Part shown: in pieces, positions 19,503 through 30,500 of the stretch
Position numbering within the stretch: the stretch's first letter is position 1
Layout of the letters: each line of letters opens with the position of its first letter
Assembly (NCBI GenBank): GCA_023412005.1
Contig: JAEYOE010000033.1
Location: 23,344-87,343, forward strand
Length of the DNA stretch: 64,000 bases
Direction: 5' to 3'
Origin: Bacillota bacterium
GTDB lineage: Bacteria > Bacillota > Clostridia > Christensenellales > SZUA-584
Made by a program: the position numbers and the translations under genes
Notes under the pieces: model-generated
Database searches by the model: none
What the model was told of the DNA's origin: nothing
What the model saw: the letters and a program-made list of their open reading frames with translations, nothing else

Positions 19503-20174
19503 ATGAAAGCAGACATTAATTCAGAGAAATTTTCGCGCCGTTTCGAGTTGTTCATTGCGATTATCCTTGGCATCACTGCCGTTCTTACGGCGTATGCGTC
19601 TTGGCAGAGCGCACTCTACGGCGGCGACCAAGCCGAGAACTACACACATGGCACCGCATTAATAGCCGATGCCAACCAATATTACAACGAAGCCTCTCAG
19701 GCTATCGCTGAAGACACGGCGACATGGAACCAGATCAACAATTTAAGAATTGATCTGGCATTTGCGGAATCATCCGGGAATACGGATGATGTGGATAGAC
19801 TTCAATACAAGCTCGATCAGCTCATGTACGAAAATGTTTCGGCAGAGCTGAGCGCAGCCATTGAATGGGCCGACGCACAGGAAGAATACGCTTCTCCGTT
19901 TGAGATGGAGGGCTTCATAGAAAGCTATTATGCAGACGGCAATGAAACCTATGTTGAGGGTATGCAAACAATTGACAAAGGGACCGAAGCCAATTCTCTG
20001 GATGACAAGCAAGGCCTCGTTACGGTTATTCTCGCTGTGGTGTTGTTCATGCTGGGTATTGTGAGCACATTTAATAATATGAAAACCAAGTTTGTCGTCA
20101 CCGGTGTTTCACTCGCCGCTTTGGCTTTCGGCATCGTCATGATGCTGAGCGTCCCGTTCCATCCGCTGGGCTGA
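19503..20174 (+). CDS. Hypothetical membrane protein (1 N-terminal + 2 C-terminal TM helices, acidic helical middle)
   Basis: AAAGGAG RBS. TM segments FELFIAIILGITAVLTAYASW, LVTVILAVVLFMLGIVSTF and VVTGVSLAALAFGIVMMLSV. I do not recognise a family. Confidence 0.6.
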   Translation: MKADINSEKFSRRFELFIAIILGITAVLTAYASWQSALYGGDQAENYTHGTALIADANQYYNEASQAIAEDTATWNQINNLRIDLAFAESSGNTDDVDRLQYKLDQLMYENVSAELSAAIEWADAQEEYASPFEMEGFIESYYADGNETYVEGMQTIDKGTEANSLDDKQGLVTVILAVVLFMLGIVSTFNNMKTKFVVTGVSLAALAFGIVMMLSVPFHPLG

Positions 20175-20221
20175 TTTTTCACGTAATCCCTGCAAGATAA
20201 CTAATAAAGGAGACCTTCGCT

Positions 20222-20902
20222 ATGCAATATGAAATTTTCGGCGGCAATCTTCCCGCAGTGACGATTAAGCTTGATCAGGGCGAGTCGGTTTATACACAGT
20301 CCGGCGGCATGTCGTGGATGACGTCCGGCATACAGATGCAGACCAACATGAAGGGCGGCTTCATGAAGGGACTGGGCCGCATGCTGAGCGGCGATTCCTT
20401 ATTCCTCGCAACCTATTCGGCCATGGCACCGAATCAGGAAATCACCATAGCGTCCACTTTTCCCGGCGCCATTGTGCCTCTTGATATGGCTAAGGGCGAT
20501 ATCATCGTGCAAAAAAGCGCGTTTCTGTGCGCACAGCCCGAGGTGATGCTCAGTGCGCATGTGGTGAAGGGCCTTAGCGCGGGGCTGTTCGGCGGCGAAG
20601 GCTTCATACTGCAAAAGCTCAGCGGCAGCGGGCTCGCATTCATCGAGATAGACGGTTCCGTGTGTGAAAAAACATTGGCACCCGGCGAATCGCTGATTGT
20701 GGATACCGGCAACATCGCGGCTTATGAAGCGTCTGTCGGCTATGAGGTGATGATGATTAAGGGCTTTAAGAACATATTGTTCGGCGGCGAAGGGCTGCTG
20801 AACACGCGGCTCACCGGCCCCGGCAAGGTGTGGCTGCAAACGATGACGCTGCCCGGTTTCGCGGGACGCATCATACCGTTCATTCCCACCAACAACAACT
20901 GA
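20222..20902 (+). CDS. AIM24/TIGR00266 (DUF124)-family protein
   Basis: MQYEIFGGNLPAVTIKLDQGESVYTQSGGMSWM...GEGFILQKLSGSGLAFIE...GPGKVWLQTM is the characteristic family pattern. AAAGGAGA RBS. Confidence 0.8.
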   Translation: MQYEIFGGNLPAVTIKLDQGESVYTQSGGMSWMTSGIQMQTNMKGGFMKGLGRMLSGDSLFLATYSAMAPNQEITIASTFPGAIVPLDMAKGDIIVQKSAFLCAQPEVMLSAHVVKGLSAGLFGGEGFILQKLSGSGLAFIEIDGSVCEKTLAPGESLIVDTGNIAAYEASVGYEVMMIKGFKNILFGGEGLLNTRLTGPGKVWLQTMTLPGFAGRIIPFIPTNNN

Positions 20903-20923
20903 GAATCTGCCACATACAAAGAG

Positions 20924-20951
20924 GAGCCGCTACACCAGCGGCTTCTTTTTG
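20924..20951 (+). terminator. Intrinsic terminator after the AIM24-family gene
   Basis: GCCGCT-acacc-AGCGGC followed by TTCTTTTT. Confidence 0.7.
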
Positions 20952-20952
20952 T

Positions 20953-20979
20953 AAAAAAAAGCGCCGTGTGAACAGCGCC
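20953..20979 (-). terminator. Minus-strand intrinsic terminator with no recognisable gene upstream
   Basis: Minus strand reads GCGCTG-ttcaca-CGGCGC followed by TTTTTTTT, back-to-back with the plus-strand terminator. Confidence 0.6.
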
Positions 20980-21294
20980 AAAGTTATATTTATATTGATG
21001 ATGCTTATTGGTTTTGTGTGCCGGTAACGGATGCCGACACGGATGTGCCATAACCTGCTCCCGCGTACACGTTGTCGCTCGGCCAATTCACCGCAGCACT
21101 GTAGGTCTTTTCCTATGCGTCCGTCGCGAGATTTTGACTGTAATGCAATGATAGCATAGCATTGTCTGCTATTCAAATTATATATACTATCAATTCTGGT
21201 ATATGAATACAGGCAAGGATGCGTATCTGCCATGTCGCGGCAGCATTTGCAGCGTGTTGCCATCACATCCATAAAATACATGGCAGTTCCGCAA

Positions 21295-21330
21295 GGTAAA
21301 CAAAGAGGACAGCCTTTTGGCCGTCCTCTT
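21295..21330 (-). terminator. Intrinsic terminator after the 47-aa ORF
   Basis: Minus strand reads AAGAGGACGGCC-aaaa-GGCTGTCCTCTT followed by TGTTT. Confidence 0.7.
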
Positions 21331-21342
21331 GTTTCCCAGTTC

Positions 21343-21486
21343 TCATCCGTCATGCGGATCGTCTTCCCCGCTGTAATGCACACGCAAGTCTTCCCTTAAG
21401 CCTATCTGGTGGTCCGTCCCGTCGTTTGCATTTGTCCGCGAAGAAAATTGATCCAGCATTCTTCTGGGATCCTTCTTTTTTTTCAT
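21343..21486 (-). CDS. Small hydrophilic hypothetical protein, 47 aa
   Basis: MKKKKDPRRMLDQFSSRTNANDGTDHQIGLREDLRVHYSGEDDPHDG. GAGGA RBS lies 8 nt upstream of the ATG (21484-21486). It has its own terminator and no recognisable family. Confidence 0.45.
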   Translation of the reverse strand: MKKKKDPRRMLDQFSSRTNANDGTDHQIGLREDLRVHYSGEDDPHDG

Positions 21487-21523
21487 TTTTATTATCCTCG
21501 TCTTTATTATGCTCAGTTCATAA

Positions 21524-21557
21524 TAAAAAAAAGCGGGTGCTCGCATGAACTCCCGCT
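21524..21557 (-). terminator. Intrinsic terminator after the giant surface-protein gene
   Basis: Minus strand reads AGCGGGAGTTCATGCGAGCACCCGCT followed by TTTTTTTT, 16 nt past the stop. Confidence 0.75.
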
Positions 21558-21572
21558 GAAAATGGTTCTTTT

Positions 21573-24500
21573 TTATTCCCAGCTTTCAATCGCCGCTGTA
21601 AAGCTGTCCCTCGCGTCATCAGGTATCACTGCGCTGAAAACCTCTTTGCCGTCCAGTGTGACGGTGAGTTTTTTTCTTCTCATACGGCGTGTCAGTCCGT
21701 CAGACAGTGTAATCCTTCCATCCGTGCTGTCCTTAATATCTGCGCGTTTCAAAGCGATCGTGAGCACATCGCGGCTGCGTCTGAGCCTTCTGATGACAAC
21801 AGCCTTTCTGGCTCGCCCGCTGCTTTGGCTGACCAGCGCTTCTATTTTCACATTACGCCACAGCAGCAGCAGGAATATCAGCAGCAGCCCAAGAGCCGTG
21901 CCGCCGCCCGCATAGGCATACCAGGGCAGCTCAGGCCTTGGCAGCCGCTGACCAAACGCGATATCTTCATCGGTAATGGTCACCTCTACGAGACGAACGT
22001 TGCCGTTTCCATCCATCACCTCAATCAGATAGGTGCCCGGCTTTATGTCTTCAAGCACGAGCGAATCCTGCCATTCGCCGTCCGGCAGCCTGATTTTTAC
22101 AGCATCCTTCACCACGTCCGTGGCGCTGACGCTCACATCGCCCGATACGGGCTCAGGTGTCTGTGTGGGCGCCGCAAAGGTCTCTTCCTCCGGTCCGGGT
22201 GCCCCCGTCTCCTTCTCGGCTATCTTAAACGGCCCGAACGTTTTGTTTGCCGTTAACCCAAACGCGTTTTTCGCATACGCATGGATGTAATACGTGCCGG
22301 GCTTGCTGATGAGAATATCGCTCTTATAGCTCTGGTAAGCGCCGGAGAACGTTTTTGACTCTGTCAGTGCGTAACCCTTGCCAACAATTTCCGACATATC
22401 ATCGGTAAACTTCAGCGATGCTTTGATATCCGTCAGCGTTGTTTCGCCGATGACGTAGCTGCCTGTGCTGCATTCTATAGCGGGCGGCGTTTCGTCAAGG
22501 CTATCTACCGTTACATTAAATTTGGTGCTGTTCCCAACGTTGTCCACAATCGTCATCGCGTAAACGTCATTCTTATCCGCAGTCCACGTCAGATCCGAAG
22601 ACGCTTTTTTTTGTGTGCCGTCCGGCATGATCAAATGGCTGTTGCCGCTGCCGCCCGGGTCAGCCGCGAGCGTGAACTTAAGCTGCGCTTTGTTGCCCGA
22701 TACCGTGACCTCTGTCTTGGGCATTACAGGCGCCATCTTATCGATTTTTATCAAATAACCGCCGAATTCGCCCACATTACCAAACTCATCAGCGGCCTGA
22801 ATAAACACGCTGTGAACACCGCTGACCACCGTTTTGCCCGATTCCGCAGCAAAGAGCTTATCCTCAGTCGCATATTTGAATGAAACCGTCGGCGCGTCTT
22901 CAACGGACACAGCCGTTACTGTCACGCTTTGGTTAGTCCATGTTCCTGCCGTATACGGTTTGCCGTCCGCTTTTGTCATCTTCACAACAATATTGACGGG
23001 AACGTTCTTATCAACCACCAGCTTGCCGGAGTAACCGTAACCGCTGGTGAACTCATCATCAGACGCGTTAACCCTGAACTGCAGGTTGGTGATGCTGGTT
23101 AACCCGAAAGGCAGTTTAAAGTCGTACGCCGTTTCATCGAGCCCCGTTTCAATCACGTTCCACGTTGCCCCATCAAAGTACTCAAGCGTATACGTCAGCG
23201 GGTCGCCGTCTATATCGTACCCGGTCCAAGTCACGTTCACCGTAGATTCGCCGCCGTAGCGCGAACCCTGAACGGGCGTATGCACCACCGGCACCGCAGG
23301 CGGGTCGTTCACGCTGTTAACGGCGACCGTGACCGTCGCGCTGTCTGTGCCGCCATGGCCGTCCGACATCAGATAGGTGAAGCTGTCGTCGCCCGCGAAT
23401 TGGTCAGCCGGTGTGTACGCCACCTTATTGTCTTTCATCTCTGCTTTGCCATGAGACGGTGCCCCGACGCTCGTCACCTTAAAGTCGTTTGTGGAATATA
23501 TCTGCCCGCTGTTGAGCCCGCCTTGTGTATCAACGTCCGTATCGTTTGCCAGCACGTTGATAACCACCATATCCTCGTCGTTCGTCACTGCCGTGTCGTC
23601 GTTCGCGATCGGTGCGTCGTTCACCTGCCGTATGGTCACCGTCACCAGCGCCTTATCCGCAGTGTCTCCGTCCGATAGCTTGTACTCAAAGCTGTCCGTG
23701 CCGTTGAAATTGGCCGTCGGCGTATATTTCACCTGGTTGCCGTCCAGCTCGGCTGTGCCGTGCGCCGGCAATTTCAGGCCGGTGTCTCCCAGCGAGAGCG
23801 TTAATGTCTCGTCCTCGGGATGCGCATTCAGCTCTGTTTTCGTGTCCTGATCCGTATCGTTCAAAAGCGCGCTGATCCAAACCGGCTGATCTTCGTTGGT
23901 TTGTGCACTGTCATCAACAGCATCCGGCGCGTCGTTCACCTGCGCCACCGTGACGGTCACAACGCCCGTATCCGATGCGTTTGAAGGGTCTTTAACCGTA
24001 TACGTGAAGCTGTCGGTGCCGTTCCAGTCTTTGTTCGGGGTATACCGGATATCCGTGCCGTTCACGCTTACCGTTCCGTGCGCGGGCCGTCCGGTTGTTT
24101 CCACCGTCACTGTCAGGCTGTCGCCGTCCACATCATGAATCAGCGACCCGACAGGCACATCCACCGCCGTGTCTTCATTTGTGGAAGCGGTGGTGTCAGC
24201 CGCTGTGGGCGCATCGTTTACAGGCTTTACCGTGATGGTGATCGTCCCCGTATCCGTTGTATCGGCAATATCGCTGACTGTGTAATCAATCGACACGGTG
24301 CCATGGTAGTTTGCGTCAGGCGTGTAGGTCACGTCTCCGTCTTTATCAGTGCTGATTGTTCCATGCATCGCGCCAACATCTCCGAGCAAACCGTCCAGTT
24401 CAAGCACGTCGCCAATATCCTGATCCGTATCGTTACCGAGTACATTGAAGGTGATCGGTGTCTCTTCGTTTGTCTCCACGACATCATCCACAGCCTTCGG

Positions 24501-27500
24501 TGCATCATTTTCGCTGTCCACCACAATGGTCAGAGTGCTCGACGCACTGCCGCCATGACCGTCGGTCATTGTATAATCGATATAAACGGCACCCGCGAAA
24601 CCCGCATCCGGGTCGTATGTGATTACGCCGCCGGATTCGGAAAGCGTGCCGTAGCCGGTTCCGTAAAACGCATAGCTTTGCACCGCAAAAGTGCTCCTGT
24701 AGTGCAGATCCGCAAGGTTATTATCCGCATCCGTATCCACGTCCGTATCGTTGGCAAGCACATCGAAGCTGACGATTGTATCCTCCGCCGTCAGCGTGCT
24801 GTCGGGCTTGGCCACCGGGTTGTCATTCACCTGCGACACGTTCACCGTCACCTTGCCCTTGTCGGTCAAAACGCCGTCACTCACGTAATACTCAAACGCA
24901 TCCGGGCCGTTAAAGTTGTTATTCGGCGTATAGAGTATTTTGTTATCCTCTATAGACAGTGTTCCGTGCGCGGGTGCCAGCAGACCGCCACCGCTTAAAG
25001 ACACCGACAGCACTTCGGTAACAGGCGTTGCGTTCAGCGTGCTGTCCCTATCCACATCGTTGTCGTTAAACAGCACATCTATTTGTGTTGGTGTGTCCTC
25101 GGTAACGGCGATATCCAAATCGTCGCTGGCCACAGGCGCATCGTTCACCTGATCAACCGTCACTGTGATTTCGCCTTTGTCGAAATCACCGATAGCATCC
25201 GTCACTGTATATTTGAATGTCACGACACCGTTCCAGTCGGTCGCCGGTGTGTAGGCCATCTGTTTACCCGCAACCGATACCGTACCGACAGCCGGTTTAT
25301 CATCGTTGGCAACCGTCACTGTCAGCGTCTCCCCCGGGTCGGTGGCTAAGTCTGCGTCGCTGATCAGCGAGCTTACATCAATCAACACCGGTGTCTGTTC
25401 GTTCGTGGTAACAGTTGTATCATCCGCAATCGGCTTATCATTCACCGACGTGACGGTTACGTCGAACTCAAAGGGTGTCACGTTCGTCGCGTGATCGGCA
25501 TCCTCCACAACCAGCCGTATGGCAATGGGCCCGCCATGCTGATGATCTTTGGGCTTAACGGTCACGGTGCGTTCGCCGCCGCTCCCTTTTGTAATGCTCA
25601 CATCACTTGTCCCTACTAATGAAGCATCTTCTGTGCTGGCCACCTGTACGTTCAGGTTTTCGGCAGCTGTTTCCTCATCGGATACGGCAAACGTAAACGA
25701 ATTGCTTCCGTCCTCCGCTATTGTTAAATCTTGCGGGTCTGTATCAAACACAGGCGGGTCGTTCACGGCGCTGACGGTTATTGTCACCGTCGACGTGGCC
25801 TCCAAGCCGTACCCGTCATTCATCGTGTAAGATATCACAACATCGCCGTACCAATTTTCAGACGGTGCGGTGTAATGCAGCTTGTTATCCACAACGCTGA
25901 CAGTGCCGTGCGTTTCACCTATGAAATGCACGTCTCCTTCGTCCGTGGATATCGCAAACGAAGCCTTGCTATGCGGCACCGCATTGAGCGCTGCATCCGT
26001 ATCAACATCCGTGTCGTTTAAGAGCACGTCAATATCAACGACGGCGCTCTCATTAACGATTGCCGTATCCGCATACGCTATCGGCTCGTCGTTCACCTGA
26101 TCAATCGTGACGTTAACGGTGCCCTTCACGGGCGCTGCCTCACCGTCGCTGACGTAATAATCAAATGAAACACTGCCGTTGAAATCCGGATCGGGGTTAA
26201 ACTGAATGTCGTTTCCGACAATGATCGCAGTACCCTTCGCGCCCGCATGATTCACAACGCTCGAAATTGACAGCGATTCATCCTCCGGATGTTTATTGAG
26301 ATCGGGGTCCTTGTCGACATCCTCGTCGTTGCTCAGCACGGTAAGCGTCAATGAACCGTCTTCATTCATCGTCACATCTTCGCCCGTCACCACCGGCTTG
26401 TCATTCACCTGCGATATGTGCATTGTTATCGTCGCGGTCGCGGTTGCGTTGAACATATCCTTCACGGTGTAGGTAAAGCTGTCGTCACCATTGAAGTTTG
26501 CCGTCGGCGTATAGAGTAGATTATTGCCGCTCAATGTTGCCGTACCGTGAGACGGTGCTGAAACATTTGATATGCTTAAAGCATCGCCGTTTGTCGCAAT
26601 GTCCACATCAGCGGTCAGTGCCGTCCAGTCAATCGCGAAATTTTTGGTGTCCTCATCGATTGTTTTTTCCGCACCGCTTGCTGTCGGCGCATCGTTCACC
26701 GGGCTCACTGTCACAACGAACTCACAGTCAGCCGTGCCGCCATCGCTGTCTGTCACACGCAGCCGCACGGTTGTACCGGCCGTGTCGTTTTGATTGTTTT
26801 TGGGATTCACAATCACGCTTCTGCTGCCGCCGCTTCCTGAGAATGTCACATCGCTTGTGCTCGCAAGTGTTCCGTTGGACGTAGAGATCACCTGCACCGT
26901 TAAAGACGCGGCGGACGTTTCTACGTCACTCACCGCAAACTCGCTTTCGCCGTTGTCCCCGTCTTCTGTCAGCTCCATATCGGCGGGAACAGAAATAACC
27001 GGCAGGTCGTTCACGCTGTTAACCGTTACATTCACCACGCCTGAACCGCTTCCGCCGTGGCCGTCCAAAACCGTATAGTTTATTTGGTTATTGTCATGGT
27101 TGTTGGCGGCCGGGGTATATGTCAATGTCTTGCCGCCATCCGTGATTGCCACCGAGCCGTATTCGGTATGGGCCACGGTTGCCGCCGATATCGTAAATGT
27201 CGTTTTGGAATTCGGCGAAGCATTCAGGCCGCTTTGCGTATCCACGTCCGTGTCGTTCGCGAGCGGATCGATCACCAGCGGCGTATCCTCATCCGTCGAC
27301 ACATTATCCGTGACTGCCACGGGGTTGTCATTCACCTGCGCCACAGATACCGTAATCTGCGCGGTGCTCGATACACCCGTCACGTCTTTAATTGTGTACG
27401 AGAAGGTCTCGGTGCCGTTGAAATCCGTCTTCGGCGTGTATCGTATGGTTGTGTAGCCGCTGCCATCGCTTTGAATAGCGGCTGTGCCGTTTGTCGGCGT

Positions 27501-30500
27501 CGCCACAGCGGTGATCTTGAGCTTCTCCGCTGTCGGATTCGCGTTGAGCGCTGCATTCGTATCAACGTCCGTATCGTTGGCAAGCGCGTCAATCTCGATC
27601 CACTGTTCCTCGTCGGTGTTAATGCCGGTATCGTTATTGGCCACCGGCGCATCGTTCACCTGTTTCACCGTCACCGTCACTGTAGAACTGCTCGTTACAC
27701 CAGCAATATCTTTAATCGTATAATCGAAGATGATCGGGCCGCCGTTAAAATTGGGTTTGGGCGTCACATTAATGCCTTTTTTATCGTCGGTCACACTCAC
27801 AATCAGGTTCTCGTTGCTGCATGTTGCCGATACCACAAACAGCTCGTCCGAGCCGGTCAGCAAATCGGGGTCTTTATCGTTGGTGAGTACGGTTAATTTT
27901 GTGGTGGCATCTTCATTCACATCAAATGCATCGGCGACTGCTGTCGGCGCTTCGTTCACACTGTTGACCACAAATTTAAATTTTGTGGACGATGCAAGCG
28001 CCCCGTCACTAACTGTCAGTGTGATGAATGTGGAGCCGTTCCATGCGCCGTTGGGCAACACATCAATCGTTCTGTTCGCCCCCGTACCTCCAAGCACCAT
28101 GCCGGTAGGCAGCACCAGCACCGGGTTGCTGCCCTTCTTGGTCAGCGTCAGTGAGCCCTCATCAGTGTCAACATCTGATATTGTAAATTGAATACCGGTT
28201 TTTGATTCCGTCTCATTGACGGTATAGACCGGCATTGTCGCGTCGTCAAGCGGGTCTGCGTTGCTGTCGTCTACCAGATGAATCACCGGCGCGTCGTTCA
28301 CGGGTGTGACGTTAACGGTAACCTTATAACTGAATGTTTCGTTGGTATTATTGTCCTGCATTGTGTATTCGAATGTATCAGTGTCCGTTCTGTCCTGTCC
28401 AGTTACATAGTTAATTGACTTCCCGTCAGCGGCAATCGTCGCCGTACCATGCACAGGATTCGTTTTTATAAGAATCACGCTGTCCTTGCTGGGGTCGGAT
28501 TTAAAGTCAACATCATCGTTATCAAGCACATTGAGCTGTGTTGGCACATCCTCTGAGACCGTAAAAGTATCATCTCCGTCTGCCACCGGTTCGTCGTTTA
28601 CCGAGTTGACAGTGATATGGAATGTTCTTGTCGCGGTTTTAACCGGCGAGCCTGAATCCGTGACGGTCAGCGTAATATCCGCTTCGCCATAGCCGTTGAG
28701 CACCGGTGTGGCTTTCACCGTTCTTGCGCCATTGCCGGTTAACGGGTTGGTAATCACAATTCTTTCATTCGGAAATAGTTCGGGGTTGGAGCAAGAGAAA
28801 TTGACATCGAGCCCGTCTTTGCTGTCTTCTTCGTCGCTCACTGTGAAAGCGATTTCCCCTGTGTCATGATCCTCATCAATCTCCAAATTACTGATGGCTG
28901 TCATCGTCGGCGCATCGTTATCAGGCGTCACCGTCACGGTCACCGTCGCCGTTGATGAGCCTTCGCTGTCCACAGCCTTGTAAGTGAATGTCACCTTAAT
29001 ATCGGTCTTCTCCGGCATGTTGCTGTCCGGCGTGTACTTTATTTTGTTTCTGCCCGCATCCGTGACAACTTCAACAGTGCCTCTGTTTGGGGACAGCGCG
29101 CTGACGTTTTCAATATGCAGCGAGGCATCACCCTCGTTTTGCAGGTCAACGTCATCGTTGGCCAATACATCTATTAAGACATATTCGTCTGTTTCCTTAA
29201 CAGTAGCGCTGTCGTTAACGGCAACCGGAACGTCATTAACCGGCTTCACCGTCAGCGTAAACGTATCGCTTGCGGTGAGTGTGCCGTCCGACACCGTCAC
29301 GGTGATCAGCGATGTGCCGAATTTATTGTCGTAGGGTTCCAGTGTAAACGTGCGTACGCCATCTTCGCCGCCGGGTGTTGCATTGTTGTTGTTATTCACT
29401 GCCACTGCCGGAAGCAGCGCCGTGTTGCCGCGCGTCACCGTTACGGCCAAATTGCTGTCGGGATAATCCACGTCACTGACCGTGACGGTCAGTGTGCCGG
29501 TGGCGCCGTCCTCATTAATCTCAATATCATCTAGGTTGGTAATCGTCGGCGTATCGTTGACGGGTTTCACCGTAACATTGACAGTAAACACGGCCGTTTC
29601 GAGGCTCTTATCAACAGCGGTATACGTGAACAAATCGGAGCCGAAATAATTTGCGTCCGGCGTGTAGATGATTGTTTTATTGTCTGCCTTGAGCGTTGCC
29701 GTGCCGTTCCCAGGGTCGCTGACAGAATCAGGCACCACAGTCACATCTTCGTCGTCCGGATTGGTCGATTCGTCAATATCGTCGTTGGCGGTCACGAGTA
29801 TCTCCAATGCCGTATCTTCATCCGTTGATACCGTATCGTTTCCGCCGGACGGCGCGTCGTTAACGGGTGTCACTGTTACCGTTACCGTCGCCGCGCTTGT
29901 TTTATCCTCGCTGTCTTTAATCCAGTAGGTAAAGCTGTCGGTTCCGTTCCAGTTCGCATCCGGTTTGTATTTAATCTTATCCGGCTGCCCAGTTTCCTTC
30001 ACGCGTGACAGTGTGCCGTGAGACACACCGGAGAAAGACGTGATGGTCAGCATATCGCCATCCATAATGTCGAGCTCAATATCGTTGGCCAATACGTCGA
30101 TATCCGTTTCTCCGTCTTCGGCGATGGTCGCCGAATCGTCGACTGCTGTCGGGTTATCGTTCACGGGCAGCACCGTGACTGTAACGGTGCCCGTCGATGT
30201 GCCGTTTACCAGCTCGCCGTCGCTCACCTGTATGTTAAAGCTGTCTGTTCCCGTGTAGTCGGCAGACGGCGTATACGTGAACGAACCGTCGGGGCTGACC
30301 GACACTGTGCCGTGTGCGGGATCTGTCGATTTTGAGAATGTCAGCGTTGACGAATCGATATCTGTTGCTGTGACGCTGCTGCTCACCGCCATGTCTTCAT
30401 TCGTCGTCACGGCTTTCGGCGCCATCACCGGCGCATCGTTAACGGCATTCACGGTGATTTCATAGTCGGCGGTTGCGTGCTTATCCCCATCGGTCACATC

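Noticed and set aside
20880-21383. 167-aa minus-strand ORF in the gap between the AIM24-family gene and the small ORF.
   Set aside because: It is Cys/Arg-rich with no RBS. It overlaps the AIM24-family gene end and reads through two intrinsic terminators, including the one at 21295-21330. It is more likely non-coding (see the candidate ncRNA finding).
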